Source of the DNA: Actinomycetota bacterium
GTDB taxonomy: Bacteria; Actinomycetota; Actinomycetes; Nanopelagicales; Nanopelagicaceae
NCBI GenBank assembly: GCA_041179685.1
Contig: JBEGSV010000023.1
Location: forward strand, 1 to 42,338
Length of the DNA: 42,338 nt
Reading direction: 5' to 3'
Part shown: piece by piece, positions 1-11,727 of the stretch
How the letters are laid out: each line of letters opens with the position of its first letter
Position numbering within the stretch: the first letter of the stretch is position 1
The notes under the pieces: model-generated
What the model was told of the DNA's origin: nothing
The model's database searches: none
What the model saw: the letters and a program-made list of their open reading frames with translations, nothing else
Made by a program: the position numbers and the translations under genes

Positions 1-1039
<1,039 letters not shown>

Positions 1040-1069
1040 GAGCACCTGCTTCACAATAGAATCTGAGCC

Positions 1070-3331
1070 ATGGGTACACGAGAAAGGAGGTCGCGTTCTA
1101 ACGAGCGCGACCTCCTTATCTCTGAGCTCTTCACATCAAGTGGCGCTGATTCTGAAAAGATTGCGATAGCAGCAGTCGGAAGCTTTGGTCGTGGCGAATT
1201 ATCGCCAGGCTCAGATCTCGATATTGTCATTATTCATACCGGCTCTTACTCTCCTGCAAAGCTGACCGAGATAGTCAATGCAATTCTCTACCCACTCTGG
1301 GATCAAAAGATTAAGGTCGATCACTCGGTTCGTACTCGCAGTGAGGTACGAGAGGCGCTCGGTGAAGATCTCAAGGTTGCAATGGGTTTACTTGATATCC
1401 GCCTTATCTGCGGAAGCGCCGATCTCGTTGCCGAGGTACAAAGCACTGCGCTCTCTACCTGGCGAGAAGATAGTGATAAGTATCTGCCAGAGCTTGAGAA
1501 GACATTAGAAGAGCGCTACCAACGCAATGGTGAGCTCGCATACCTCTTAGAGCCAGATTTAAAGGAGTCGCGAGGCGGTTTGAGAGATATAACCGCGCTG
1601 CGGGCAATGCATATTTCTGGTGCGCTTACTCTGCCGATGGAACGTATTAGCCAAGCAGAGTCAATACTCTCCACAGCGCGGGAAGCGCTGCACCTTGTTA
1701 GTGGGCGAGATAAAGATCGTCTGCTCTTTACTGAGCAAGATAAAGTTGCCGCGCATCTGAACTATCTTGATGCCGATGCCTTGATGAGCGAAGTGGCTCA
1801 AGCCGCTCGCGCCGTTGATTACTTGATGCAGATGGCCTGGCATCAATATCACCATAAAGGTCGAGATGGCTTCGGGCGTTTCCTTAAGCGAGTTCGCTCC
1901 GATGTGATCTCACCTGGAATCTCAGTTTCAAATCGAGAAGTTGTTATCGATTCAACCTTTGATTTCGATACTGATCCAGTTATTGGATTACGTGCTGCCG
2001 CGACAGCTGCTCAACTAGGAATGCGCCTCTCATTTAATTCACTCCGCAGATATGCAGATGCTCTTGATACTGGACGCGGCGCGCTTCCAGCCCCGTGGCC
2101 ACGAGAAGCCCGCGAATATTTGATTTCTCTCATTGGCGCCGGTCCTGCAATGGTTGAAATCTTTGAAGCACTTGATCAAGAGGAGATTCTCTTTCACTGG
2201 ATTCCAGAGTGGAGGGGAGTGCGCTCACTTCCGCAGCGCAACGTGCTCCATCGCCATACGGTAGATCGCCATATGGTTGAGACCGCTGTATCTGCGGCAG
2301 CACTTACAAGGGAAGTCCACCGCCCCGATCTCTTGCTCTTTACCGCCCTCTTTCACGATATTGGAAAAGGTACTGAGGAAGATCACTCGATCCGCGGTGA
2401 AGGGCTGATTAAGCCACTTGCTGCACGTATTGGATTTAACGAGAGTGATATCGCAATTATTCAGAAGTTAATCAGGCATCACCTTCTGCTCTCTGCCACT
2501 GCTACTCGAAGAGATCTCGATGATCCTGCGACCATCTCTGGAGTCTCAGAGCACATCAGCGATTTAGGAACGCTTGAACTTCTCCATGCATTGAGTATCG
2601 CCGATGGCATTGCCACCGGAAGAGCGGCATGGAGTGATTGGAAGGCATCCCTTGTTTCGGATTTGGTTCGCCGGGTAAAGCTTGCGATCACAGATAACAC
2701 TGTCACACAGCAACCCGAGCTCACTCCAGAACAGATATCACGTGCCGCTAAAGGAAAGTTAAGCGTTGCGATTGAAGATCGTGGCAATATCTATGCCATC
2801 GAAGTAATCGCACCCGACAAGACCGGATTGCTCTCTATCGTCTCTGGTGTATTGAATATTCTTAGACTAGATGTTCGCTCGGCTCGCACAAAGACAATTA
2901 ATAACGTTGCAGTCATGGAGTGGATTGTTCTGCCAGATCCCAACGCGCCAGATTTATCGCAAGAGATGCTCGTTCGCGAACTCACCCGCGGCTTCGAGTC
3001 AGAGGGCAAACTAGCTCAACGAATTCAAGATCGTATCGATGCATATACGCAGATGCCCACGATTCCATTCCCAGCGCCCATAGTCGAAACTTTTCTTGAT
3101 GCAGCAACGGATGCGACTATCATCGAGGTTCGTAGCCACGATCGTCCGGCGCTGCTCTTCTCCATCGGTGACACAGTTCGCAAGTGCAATATCGATATTC
3201 GATCTGCAATCGTCACAACTTTAGGCGCAGAAGCAATTGATACTTTATATGTCACAGAGATTGGCGGGGGAGCCCTCTCAATCGAGCGTGCCGATGAGGT
3301 CGCAACTCGCATCGAAGGCTCGCTGAAGTAG
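1070..3331 (+). CDS. glnD: [Protein-PII] nucleotidyltransferase
   Basis: AVGSFGRGELSPGSDLD NTase motif, LFHDIGKG HD domain, two C-terminal ACT domains (PDKTGLL, HDRPALL). Confidence 0.95.
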   Translation: MGTRERRSRSNERDLLISELFTSSGADSEKIAIAAVGSFGRGELSPGSDLDIVIIHTGSYSPAKLTEIVNAILYPLWDQKIKVDHSVRTRSEVREALGEDLKVAMGLLDIRLICGSADLVAEVQSTALSTWREDSDKYLPELEKTLEERYQRNGELAYLLEPDLKESRGGLRDITALRAMHISGALTLPMERISQAESILSTAREALHLVSGRDKDRLLFTEQDKVAAHLNYLDADALMSEVAQAARAVDYLMQMAWHQYHHKGRDGFGRFLKRVRSDVISPGISVSNREVVIDSTFDFDTDPVIGLRAAATAAQLGMRLSFNSLRRYADALDTGRGALPAPWPREAREYLISLIGAGPAMVEIFEALDQEEILFHWIPEWRGVRSLPQRNVLHRHTVDRHMVETAVSAAALTREVHRPDLLLFTALFHDIGKGTEEDHSIRGEGLIKPLAARIGFNESDIAIIQKLIRHHLLLSATATRRDLDDPATISGVSEHISDLGTLELLHALSIADGIATGRAAWSDWKASLVSDLVRRVKLAITDNTVTQQPELTPEQISRAAKGKLSVAIEDRGNIYAIEVIAPDKTGLLSIVSGVLNILRLDVRSARTKTINNVAVMEWIVLPDPNAPDLSQEMLVRELTRGFESEGKLAQRIQDRIDAYTQMPTIPFPAPIVETFLDAATDATIIEVRSHDRPALLFSIGDTVRKCNIDIRSAIVTTLGAEAIDTLYVTEIGGGALSIERADEVATRIEGSLK

Positions 3332-3363
3332 TCTCACACTCTTTCAAGTAGTATGGCGCCACT

Positions 3364-4818
3364 ATGTTTGATGCACTCTCCTCGAAAATATCTGGCGTCT
3401 TTGGCTCACTCCGTAATCGCGGCAAACTCTCTGCCAGTGATATCGAAAATACCGTTAGCGAAATTCGCCAAGCTCTATTGGAAGCCGACGTCGCCCTTCC
3501 TGTTGTAGATCTATTTATCGAGAAAGTGCGCACTGGCTCCCTTGAGCTTCTTCGCACTCTCCAAGCTGGAGTAAATCAGGCGCAGGCAATCTTTGACCTT
3601 GTTAACCGCGAACTCACCGAGATACTCGGTGGTGGAGCACGTCGAGTTCGTTATGCCAAGAACCCACCTACAGTCATCATGCTCGCAGGTCTTCAAGGTG
3701 CCGGTAAGACAACGCTGGCGGCAAAGCTTGCAAAGTTCTATAAAGATCAGGGCGATACCCCAATCCTTGTCGCCTCTGATCTGCAGCGCCCCAATGCGGT
3801 CAACCAACTTCAAGTCGTTGGTGAATCAGTGGGTGTACCAGTCTTCGCACCAGAGCCAGGAAATGGCGTGGGCAATCCAGTGCAGGTGGCTCGTGATGGA
3901 GTTGCTTACGCACAATCAAAACTTCATAACATGGTGATTGTAGATACTGCAGGACGACTTGGTGTTGACCAAGAGTTAATGGCTGAGGCAGTTGCAATTC
4001 GCGATGCAATTAATCCTCAAGAGATCCTCTTTGTCGTTGATGCGATGATTGGTCAAGATGCCGTTCGCACCGCAGAGGCATTCCGGGATGGCGTCGGTTT
4101 TGATGGCGTGGTGCTGACTAAGCTCGATGGTGATGCTCGTGGTGGCGCCGCCCTTTCAATTGCATCGCTCACCGGACGCCCGATTATGTTCGTCTCCACG
4201 GGTGAGAAGGTTGCTGATTTCGATATCTTCTACCCAGAGCGGATGGCTTCGCGAATTCTTGGCATGGGTGATGTTGCAACTCTTGCCGAGCAAGCGAAGA
4301 AGGCCTTTGATCCAGATACAACGAAGAAGCTAGAAGATAAGTTTGCTAGCGGAGAAGATTTCACCCTCGAAGATTTCCTCGAGCAGATCGAGGCGATGTC
4401 AAAGATGGGCAATATGGGCAAGCTGCTAGGAATGCTGCCTGGTGCTGGCGCGATGAAGAAACAGATCGATAACTTTGATGAATCTGAAATCACGCGCACT
4501 AAGGCGATAGTTCAATCAATGACTCCGGCCGAACGTCGCGATCTCAAATTGCTCAATGGCTCGCGCAGGGCTCGAATCGCCCTTGGCTCAGGGCGTCAGG
4601 TCTCGGATGTGAATAAGTTGGTAGAAAAGTTCACCGCAGCCCAGAAGATGATGAAATCTCTTCGCGGAGGCAAAGGACCAGCTCTGCCCCCTGGAATGGC
4701 CCTGCCACCGGGGATGTCGATGCCGGCGATGGGAGCGCCTCCAAAGATGGCCCAACAGCCACCCAAGAAGAAGTCCCGCTCAGGTAATCCCGCCAAGCGA
4801 GCTGCCGAGCAGGCCTAG
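3364..4818 (+). CDS. ffh: Signal recognition particle protein
   Basis: GLQGAGKTT, DTAGR, TKLDGDARGG; Met-rich M domain. Confidence 0.97.
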   Translation: MFDALSSKISGVFGSLRNRGKLSASDIENTVSEIRQALLEADVALPVVDLFIEKVRTGSLELLRTLQAGVNQAQAIFDLVNRELTEILGGGARRVRYAKNPPTVIMLAGLQGAGKTTLAAKLAKFYKDQGDTPILVASDLQRPNAVNQLQVVGESVGVPVFAPEPGNGVGNPVQVARDGVAYAQSKLHNMVIVDTAGRLGVDQELMAEAVAIRDAINPQEILFVVDAMIGQDAVRTAEAFRDGVGFDGVVLTKLDGDARGGAALSIASLTGRPIMFVSTGEKVADFDIFYPERMASRILGMGDVATLAEQAKKAFDPDTTKKLEDKFASGEDFTLEDFLEQIEAMSKMGNMGKLLGMLPGAGAMKKQIDNFDESEITRTKAIVQSMTPAERRDLKLLNGSRRARIALGSGRQVSDVNKLVEKFTAAQKMMKSLRGGKGPALPPGMALPPGMSMPAMGAPPKMAQQPPKKKSRSGNPAKRAAEQA

Positions 4819-4844
4819 CCTCAATTTCGCCATTGGCAGGTTGG

Positions 4845-4976
4845 CTGGCAGAATAGGCCACCTGTTGAAGGGCCCTCTACCCCTACAACATCCAAATCCG
4901 TTCGTCGGAAGAAGACCGTTACGCACCCCGCTGTATCGAGTTCACGCTGACACACATTTTTAGGAGCAATACCACT
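4845..4976 (+). promoter_or_regulatory. Putative promoter and structured 5' leader of the rpsP operon
   Basis: Extended -10-like TGGCAGAAT near 4846-4854, hairpin 4863-4890, SD TAGGAG at 4961-4966. Confidence 0.5.
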
Positions 4977-5525
4977 TTGGCTACAAAGATTCGTTTAATG
5001 CGTTTTGGAAAGATCCGTACACCTTATTACCGCATCGTCGTTACAGATTCACGTAAGGCGCGTAATGGTCTCTCAATTGAAGAGATCGGCCGCTATGTAC
5101 CAGGACAAGAGCCATCAATCATTCAGGTTAACTCTGAGCGTGCGCTCTACTGGCTCGGCGTTGGCGCACAGCCAACTGAAGCTGTTACTGCACTCTTTAA
5201 GGTGACAGGCGATTGGCAGAAGTTCAAGGGCCTTCCAGGAACTGAAGGAACTCTCAAGTTCGCTCCAGAGAAGCCAAAGAAGAGCGTTGCTTACGAAGCA
5301 GCTGTTAAGGCGGCGGCATCAGAGCCTGCAGAGGGTGCAACAACTCTCAAGAAGAAGGCACAAGAGAAGCTTGCAGCTAAGTCAGCACCTGTAGTGGAAG
5401 AAGCAGCACCAGTTGCTGAAGAAGCTCCCGCAGCAGAGGCAGTAGTGGAAGAAGTTGTAGAGGCAGCTGTAGAGGCGCCAGCAACTGATGAAGCTCCAGC
5501 AGCAGAAGAAGCAGCTGCAGAATAA
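4977..5525 (+). CDS. rpsP: 30S ribosomal protein S16 with acidic Ala/Glu-rich tail
   Basis: KIRLMRFGK...YRIVVTDSR...WLGVGAQPT; TTG start after SD. Confidence 0.97.
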   Translation: MATKIRLMRFGKIRTPYYRIVVTDSRKARNGLSIEEIGRYVPGQEPSIIQVNSERALYWLGVGAQPTEAVTALFKVTGDWQKFKGLPGTEGTLKFAPEKPKKSVAYEAAVKAAASEPAEGATTLKKKAQEKLAAKSAPVVEEAAPVAEEAPAAEAVVEEVVEAAVEAPATDEAPAAEEAAAE

Positions 5526-5527
5526 TT

Positions 5528-5767
5528 ATGATTGACGAAGCTCTCGAGCACCTCGTAAAGGGAATCGTAGATAACCCTGACGATGTGAACGTCAAGGAGA
5601 AGAACGGTCGTCGTGGGGCAACTCTCGAGGTCCGTGTTAATCCTGAAGATATCGGTAAGGTCATCGGTCGTAACGGTCGCACAGCAAAGGCGCTTCGCAC
5701 AGTCGTAAGCGCGCTCGCTGGACGCTCTGTTCGCGTTGATCTTATTGATACTGACGAACTTCGCTAA
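5528..5767 (+). CDS. khpA: KH-domain RNA-binding protein
   Basis: DIGKVIGRNGRTAKALRT; canonical position between rpsP and rimM. Confidence 0.92.
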   Translation: MIDEALEHLVKGIVDNPDDVNVKEKNGRRGATLEVRVNPEDIGKVIGRNGRTAKALRTVVSALAGRSVRVDLIDTDELR

Positions 5768-5785
5768 TTTCTATCGGAATACGTC

Positions 5786-6286
5786 ATGCGCCTTAATGTA
5801 GGACGTATCGGTAAAGCCCACGGAATTCTTGGTGAGGCTACTATCGAAGTGCGAACAGATGAAGCCGAAGATCGCTTCGCACTCGGTGCACATTTAGAGA
5901 CAGATAGCCACGGTGTTCTCACCGTGGCTTCTGCGCGTGTACATAATGGAATCCTCCTCCTTGGTTTTGAAGGTATTGAAAACCGCAACCAGGTGGAGGA
6001 GCTTCGCAACGAGCTTCTCTATGCCGATGTTGATATCGATGCGCCTGGCCTTGATGAAGACGATTACCACGTCCTTCAGCTCATCGGCTGCATCGCATAC
6101 CTTGAAGATGGCTCTGAATTTGGTCCAGTCACAGAGGTACTCAATCTTCCAGGCCAAGATGTTCTCGTCATTAAGGCAGCTTCTGGTGAGGTAATGATTC
6201 CATTTGTTCTTCAACTCGTCCCAGAAGTTGATGTGCGCAATAAGCGAATGACAGTGATTCCCCCAGAAATATCAGGAACAATCTAA
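5786..6286 (+). CDS. rimM: Ribosome maturation factor RimM
   Basis: VGRIGKAHGILGE, IPFV PRC barrel; synteny. Confidence 0.95.
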   Translation: MRLNVGRIGKAHGILGEATIEVRTDEAEDRFALGAHLETDSHGVLTVASARVHNGILLLGFEGIENRNQVEELRNELLYADVDIDAPGLDEDDYHVLQLIGCIAYLEDGSEFGPVTEVLNLPGQDVLVIKAASGEVMIPFVLQLVPEVDVRNKRMTVIPPEISGTI

Positions 6287-6969
6287 TGAAGATTGATGTC
6301 ATCTCGATATTTCCTGAATACCTGACTCCGCTCAATCTTTCATTACTAGGTAAGGCGCAGAGCGCTGGTCTAGTAGATATCCAAGTTCATAACCTGCGCG
6401 ATAACGCGGTGGGTGTTCATGGCTCTGTCGATGACACGCCGTATGGTGGTGGCGCAGGAATGGTGATGTCGCCAGAAGTGTGGGCGAAAGCACTGGATCC
6501 TCTGATGGTCGAAGACACTGATCTCATCATCTTAACCCCAGCAGGAAAGCAATTTACACAACCGGTAGCTCAAGAGTTTTCAGCGCATTCTCATCTTATT
6601 TTTGCCTGTGGTCGCTATGAAGGTATCGATGACCGGATTCGTCAGTATTACTCACAAGCAGAGTTCAAATCCCGCAACATACGAGTCCACGAGTATTCGA
6701 TCGGCGATTATGTTCTTGGCGGAGGAGAAGTTGCATCGATGGTGATGATCGAGGCAATTACTCGTTTAATCCCCGGCGTTCTCGGTAATCCAGATTCACT
6801 TGCGGAAGAATCACATAACAGCGAGGGATATCTCGAATATCCAAACTTTACAAAGCCGGCACAGTGGCGCGGCATTGATGTCCCTGAAATCCTCTTAAGT
6901 GGAAATCACGCTGCTATCGCCAAGTGGCGTTCAGAGCAGGCACAAGAGCGCGCTAAGAAGAATCGTTAG
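6286..6969 (+). CDS. trmD: tRNA (guanine37-N1)-methyltransferase
   Basis: [30 protein letters not shown]. Confidence 0.97.
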   Translation: MKIDVISIFPEYLTPLNLSLLGKAQSAGLVDIQVHNLRDNAVGVHGSVDDTPYGGGAGMVMSPEVWAKALDPLMVEDTDLIILTPAGKQFTQPVAQEFSAHSHLIFACGRYEGIDDRIRQYYSQAEFKSRNIRVHEYSIGDYVLGGGEVASMVMIEAITRLIPGVLGNPDSLAEESHNSEGYLEYPNFTKPAQWRGIDVPEILLSGNHAAIAKWRSEQAQERAKKNR

Positions 6970-6971
6970 CC

Positions 6972-8396
6972 ATGGCACGTACTTATCTCGTTGAAACCTA
7001 CGGGTGTCAGATGAATGTCCATGATTCAGAGCGAATCGCAGGTCTCTTAGATGCTGCTGGGCACATTCCGGTGAAAGAGGGCGAGCAGGCCGATATCGTC
7101 GTCTTCAATACCTGTGCAGTCCGTGAAAATGCCGACAATAAACTCTATGGAAATCTCAGCTTCCTAGCGCCGATCAAGAAGGCAAATCCATCACTTCAGA
7201 TTGCAGTGGGTGGCTGCCTTGCCCAGAAAGATCAGGCGACCATTCTTAAGAAAGCGCCCTATGTGGATGTGGTCTTCGGTACTCATAATGTGGGCTCGCT
7301 TCCTGTTCTTCTAGAACGCGCACGCATTGAAGAAGAGTCACAGATAGAGATTCTTGAGGCGCTTGAGCACTTCCCATCCACGCTACCTGCGCGACGTTTC
7401 TCTGCCTTTACATCATGGGTCTCTATATCTGTGGGCTGCAACAACACCTGCACCTTCTGCATCGTTCCTGCACTACGTGGCGCAGAGAAAGATCGTGAAC
7501 CCGAAGATATCTTGGCCGAAGTGAAAGCTCTTGTTGCTCAGGGCGTCATTGAAATTACGCTGCTGGGACAGAATGTCAACGCCTACGGAGTTGAGGCAGG
7601 CAGGAAGGGCGCCTTCGCAAAACTACTTCGCGATGTTGGTGCAATCGATGGTCTTGAGCGCATTCGCTTTATGTCACCTCACCCTCGCGACTTCACCGAC
7701 GATGTTATCGAGGCGATGGTGGAGACCCCTAATGTCATGCCGCATCTCCATATGCCACTGCAATCTGGTTCAGATTCAATTTTGCAGTCGATGCGTCGTT
7801 CTTATCGAAGCGAGAAATATCTAGGCATTCTAGATCGCGTTCGTACTGCGCTGCCTCATGCGATGATCACCACAGATATCATCGTCGGTTTTCCTGGCGA
7901 AACTGAGGAAGATTTTCAGGCAACAATGGATATATCAACAACCGCAGAATTTGCCGCTGCCTATACCTATAAGTATTCGATTCGTCCGGGAACCCCTGCC
8001 GGTGTTATGCCAAACCAGGTTGATGAGAAGATTGTTGGCGAACGCTACACAAGGCTCCACGAGCACCTGCAGAAAATTTCCCTAAAGATTAATCAACGTG
8101 CCGTCGGAACAACGCATCGGGTGATGGTTAATGAGATTGAGGGGCGACGCGATGGCGATCGTGGCCGTATTACCGGGCGTTCGGAAGATTTCCGGTTGGT
8201 CCACTTCGAACCAATTGATGGCGCCAGACCGGGTGATTTCGTTGATGTTGAGATAACTGAAGCATCGGCGCACTATCTCATCGGAAATCCGATCAAGGTT
8301 GTTCGCACCCGAGGTGGCGATGCCTTTGAAGCTCGCAATAAAGAGCAGTCAGGTCCTGTGCCGACGATGCTCGGTATTCCAACGGTGAAGCGCTAA
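6972..8396 (+). CDS. miaB: tRNA-2-methylthio-N6-dimethylallyladenosine synthase
   Basis: [12 protein letters not shown], radical [12 protein letters not shown]-terminal TRAM domain. Confidence 0.96.
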   Translation: MARTYLVETYGCQMNVHDSERIAGLLDAAGHIPVKEGEQADIVVFNTCAVRENADNKLYGNLSFLAPIKKANPSLQIAVGGCLAQKDQATILKKAPYVDVVFGTHNVGSLPVLLERARIEEESQIEILEALEHFPSTLPARRFSAFTSWVSISVGCNNTCTFCIVPALRGAEKDREPEDILAEVKALVAQGVIEITLLGQNVNAYGVEAGRKGAFAKLLRDVGAIDGLERIRFMSPHPRDFTDDVIEAMVETPNVMPHLHMPLQSGSDSILQSMRRSYRSEKYLGILDRVRTALPHAMITTDIIVGFPGETEEDFQATMDISTTAEFAAAYTYKYSIRPGTPAGVMPNQVDEKIVGERYTRLHEHLQKISLKINQRAVGTTHRVMVNEIEGRRDGDRGRITGRSEDFRLVHFEPIDGARPGDFVDVEITEASAHYLIGNPIKVVRTRGGDAFEARNKEQSGPVPTMLGIPTVKR

Positions 8397-8398
8397 CA

Positions 8399-9304
8399 AT
8401 GAGCCTGCCACTGATCATCATCTGTGGGCCAACAGCGACAGGCAAGAGCGATCTAGCGTTAGAAGTTGCAGAGAAATACGACGGCGAAGTCATTAACGCT
8501 GATTCGATGCAGCTCTATCGCGGGATGGATATCGGAACGGCAAAGTTATCGATTGAAGAGCGTCGGGGGATTCCTCACCATCTGCTCGATATTCTCAACG
8601 TGGCGCAAGATGCTTCTGTAGCCCAGTATCAGGCTCTAGCTCGCGCGGCTATTGATGACATTCAGAGCCGAGGAAAAGTTGCCATCGTCGTCGGCGGAAC
8701 TGGCCTCTATATCAAATCAATTATTGATGAGATGAATTTTCCGGAGACCGATCCAGCACTTCGCAAGAAGCTAGAAGATGAGGCTGAGCTACTAGGCGCC
8801 GCTGAGCTTTACTCAAGATTGCGGGTATTAGATCCCGAGGCGGCCGCCGCAATAGAGCCGGCCAATACACGAAGAATTATTAGGGCTCTCGAAGTAATTG
8901 AGGTGACAGGAAAACCTTATTCAGCGAACCTACCTAGCGACACAAGCTTGCGATATCCGGATGCTATTCACTGCGGACTTGCCATGGAGCGTTCAACGCT
9001 TGCTCCTAGGATCGAGGCGCGAGTCCATCGGATGTTTGAACAAGGTTTAGTGGATGAAGTGAAGTCGCTGATCGGCGAGGGGCTCTTAGAGGGTGCAACA
9101 GCGCAACGGGCAATCGGCTATGCCCAATCAATCGCACTTATCAATGGTCAGCTCACAACAGAACAAGCTATAGCAGAGACAGTGGTTGCAACTCGCCAAT
9201 ATGTCCGCCGGCAGGAGACCTGGTTTAAGCGAGATCAACGAATTCAATGGATAAGAGAGGGTGAACCACGTCTCCCATTTATCGAAGAGCGTATAAACTC
9301 GTAG
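8399..9304 (+). CDS. miaA: tRNA dimethylallyltransferase
   Basis: GPTATGKS, DSMQLYRGMDIGTAK, VGGTGLY, RRQETWF. Confidence 0.97.
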   Translation: MSLPLIIICGPTATGKSDLALEVAEKYDGEVINADSMQLYRGMDIGTAKLSIEERRGIPHHLLDILNVAQDASVAQYQALARAAIDDIQSRGKVAIVVGGTGLYIKSIIDEMNFPETDPALRKKLEDEAELLGAAELYSRLRVLDPEAAAAIEPANTRRIIRALEVIEVTGKPYSANLPSDTSLRYPDAIHCGLAMERSTLAPRIEARVHRMFEQGLVDEVKSLIGEGLLEGATAQRAIGYAQSIALINGQLTTEQAIAETVVATRQYVRRQETWFKRDQRIQWIREGEPRLPFIEERINS

Positions 9305-9308
9305 CAAG

Positions 9309-10145
9309 ATGCAGAGCCCAATAATCGCCACCTATGGCCATGGAACACATAACGATTTTGTCATCCTCTTTGACCCAGATGAGCAGCTCGCAATTACCTC
9401 TGCACAAGTAGCTGCTATGTGTAATCGCAAGAGCGGCGTTGGCGCAACATCGGCTTCACCGATAGCAATTGGCGCTGATGGCATGATTCGAATTATTAAG
9501 CACGACGGTAAATGGTTTATGGATTATCGAAATGCAGATGGTTCGATCGCTGAAATGTGTGGAAACGGGATTCGAGTAATGGCGCGCTATCTCGTTGCAA
9601 GGGGCCATCAGCGCGAGGGAATCTTTGCGATCGATACACGAGCAGGTATCAAACATCTTCGCGTTCCCGCCGAGGACGATATTTCAGTAAATATGGGTAA
9701 GGTCTATGACGAATCTGAAGCGGTGGAAGCAACTGTAAACGGCGCCACATATGCTGGATTTAATATCAGCGTTGGCAATCCTCATGCCGTTGTCTTTACC
9801 GATGATCTCTCAACCCTAGGATCACTTGAGATTGCGCCAACTGTGACACCAGCTGACTCATATCCAGATGGCGTTAACGTTGAGTTTGTCGAAATTCTTC
9901 CAGGTCAAGAGGCGAAGATGCGCGTTCATGAGCGCGGTAGTGGTGAGACCCAATCATGCGGAACTGGCACCTGTGCTGTCGCACTTGCTGCAACTATGAA
10001 AACAGGTGGAACTCTTCCTTCGCGTTGGGTGATCTTCCCACCAGGTGGTCGCTTGGTTGTTGATATTGATGGCCATTCAAATGCAACCTTGACGGGACCA
10101 GCTCTCCTCCTTGAAGATTACGACGTCAGCGCCTACCTTTCATGA
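9309..10145 (+). CDS. dapF: Diaminopimelate epimerase
   Basis: HGTHNDF, EMCGNG, VGNPHAV, ERGSGETQSCGTG. Confidence 0.96.
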   Translation: MQSPIIATYGHGTHNDFVILFDPDEQLAITSAQVAAMCNRKSGVGATSASPIAIGADGMIRIIKHDGKWFMDYRNADGSIAEMCGNGIRVMARYLVARGHQREGIFAIDTRAGIKHLRVPAEDDISVNMGKVYDESEAVEATVNGATYAGFNISVGNPHAVVFTDDLSTLGSLEIAPTVTPADSYPDGVNVEFVEILPGQEAKMRVHERGSGETQSCGTGTCAVALAATMKTGGTLPSRWVIFPPGGRLVVDIDGHSNATLTGPALLLEDYDVSAYLS

Positions 10146-11611
10146 GTAAGACTGAGGATGGTTATGACAAGTTATTTGAAGACCTTCTCCGCGAAAGCGC
10201 GCGTGCAGCTGCCGATTTTGATGCAGATGAGATTGATGAAGTTCAATCCCAACAAGATTTATCTGATCGCCATGCGCTTCGCCGGGTAAAGAGTTTCTCC
10301 ACCGAACTTGAAGATATTTCAGAGGCCGAATATCGACAGCTCCAACTCGAACGTGTGGTCCTGGTGGGGGTGTGGACTGAGGGATCGGCTGAAATGGCTG
10401 ATAACTCACTGGCCGAACTTAAAGCACTTGCCGAAACCGCCGGTTCAGAAGTTCTTGAAGGACTTATTCAACGTCGCGACAAGCCAGATCCATCGACCTA
10501 TATCGGTGCCGGAAAATTGGAAGATCTGCGAGCCATTGTTCGCTCGACTGGCGCAGATACCGTTATCTGCGATGGAGAGTTATCGCCCTCTCAGCTGCGC
10601 ACCTTAGAAGATAAGTTAAAGGTAAAGGTCGTAGATCGAACTGCTCTCATTCTCGATATCTTCGCTCAACATGCAAAGAGTCGCGAGGGTAAGGCGCAGG
10701 TTGAGCTCGCGCAGATTGCATATCTACTTCCACGTCTTCGCGGTTGGGGTGATTCACTTTCTCGTCAGGTTGGTGGTCGTGCAGCTGGCGGTGCTGGTAT
10801 CGGTGGTCGTGGACCTGGTGAGACAAAGATTGAAACAGATCGTCGCCGCATCCGCGACAAGATGGCAAAGTTGCGACGTGAAATCAGTGAGATGAAGGTC
10901 GCGCGTGATACTAAGCGACAAGAGCGGCGCCGAAATAATATTCCCTCCGTTGCAATTGCGGGTTATACCAACGCAGGAAAATCATCTCTGCTGAATACGC
11001 TCACTGGAGCGGGAGTCCTAGTTGAGAATGCCCTCTTTGCAACTCTCGATCCAACGGTGCGCAAAGCCCAGACACCTGAAGGTCGTGTCTACACACTCTC
11101 CGATACAGTCGGTTTTGTTCGACATCTCCCGCATCAATTGGTTGATGCTTTTAAATCAACGCTCGAAGAAGTCTCTGGCGCAGATTTAATCGTCCATGTC
11201 GTAGACGGTTCGCACCCAGATCCCTTTGAACAAATTCGTGCCGTGCGCCAGGTGATTGACGAGATCGGTGGGGGAGATATCCCTGAGATCATCGCCATCA
11301 ATAAAGTTGATATCGCAGCCCCTGAAGTTGTGATGGAGTTACTGCGGAAAGAGAAGAATAGTTATGCATTTTCGACGAAGAGTGGCTTTGGAATCGAAGG
11401 CCTGCTCCATGCGATCGAAAAGTCGTTGCCTCACCCCAGTGTTGAGATAGATGCGCTCATCCCATACGACCGGGGAGATTTAGTGCATGCGATTCACGAG
11501 AGCGGTGAGATCCTCCTGGAAGAACATCTGGCAGAGGGCACCCATATCCGCGGCTATGTGGATGGGGCGCTAGCCCAATCGATCGAGCGCGCCACTAAAA
11601 CAGGGGAATAA
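10142..11611 (+). CDS. hflX: GTPase HflX
   Basis: GYTNAGKS, LFATLDPT, DTVGF, NKVD. Confidence 0.97.
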   Translation: MSKTEDGYDKLFEDLLRESARAAADFDADEIDEVQSQQDLSDRHALRRVKSFSTELEDISEAEYRQLQLERVVLVGVWTEGSAEMADNSLAELKALAETAGSEVLEGLIQRRDKPDPSTYIGAGKLEDLRAIVRSTGADTVICDGELSPSQLRTLEDKLKVKVVDRTALILDIFAQHAKSREGKAQVELAQIAYLLPRLRGWGDSLSRQVGGRAAGGAGIGGRGPGETKIETDRRRIRDKMAKLRREISEMKVARDTKRQERRRNNIPSVAIAGYTNAGKSSLLNTLTGAGVLVENALFATLDPTVRKAQTPEGRVYTLSDTVGFVRHLPHQLVDAFKSTLEEVSGADLIVHVVDGSHPDPFEQIRAVRQVIDEIGGGDIPEIIAINKVDIAAPEVVMELLRKEKNSYAFSTKSGFGIEGLLHAIEKSLPHPSVEIDALIPYDRGDLVHAIHESGEILLEEHLAEGTHIRGYVDGALAQSIERATKTGE

Positions 11612-11727
11612 ACGCGACACGCCGGCGGTTATAAGAGGTAATTAAGAGGTTATACGCGACTATTCGCACGCGGGGGACAGCTCGCATCGATAGCGATGCA
11701 GGTGAGGTAAGAAGGAAGGTAGCTCAA

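Noticed and set aside
4680-4745. PPGM-like repeats at the end of ffh
   Set aside because: Ordinary low-complexity C-terminal tail of actinobacterial Ffh
5380-5522. Repetitive GAAGAAGCAGC-like sequence
   Set aside because: It encodes the low-complexity Ala/Glu tail of S16, common in Actinobacteria; not a DNA repeat array
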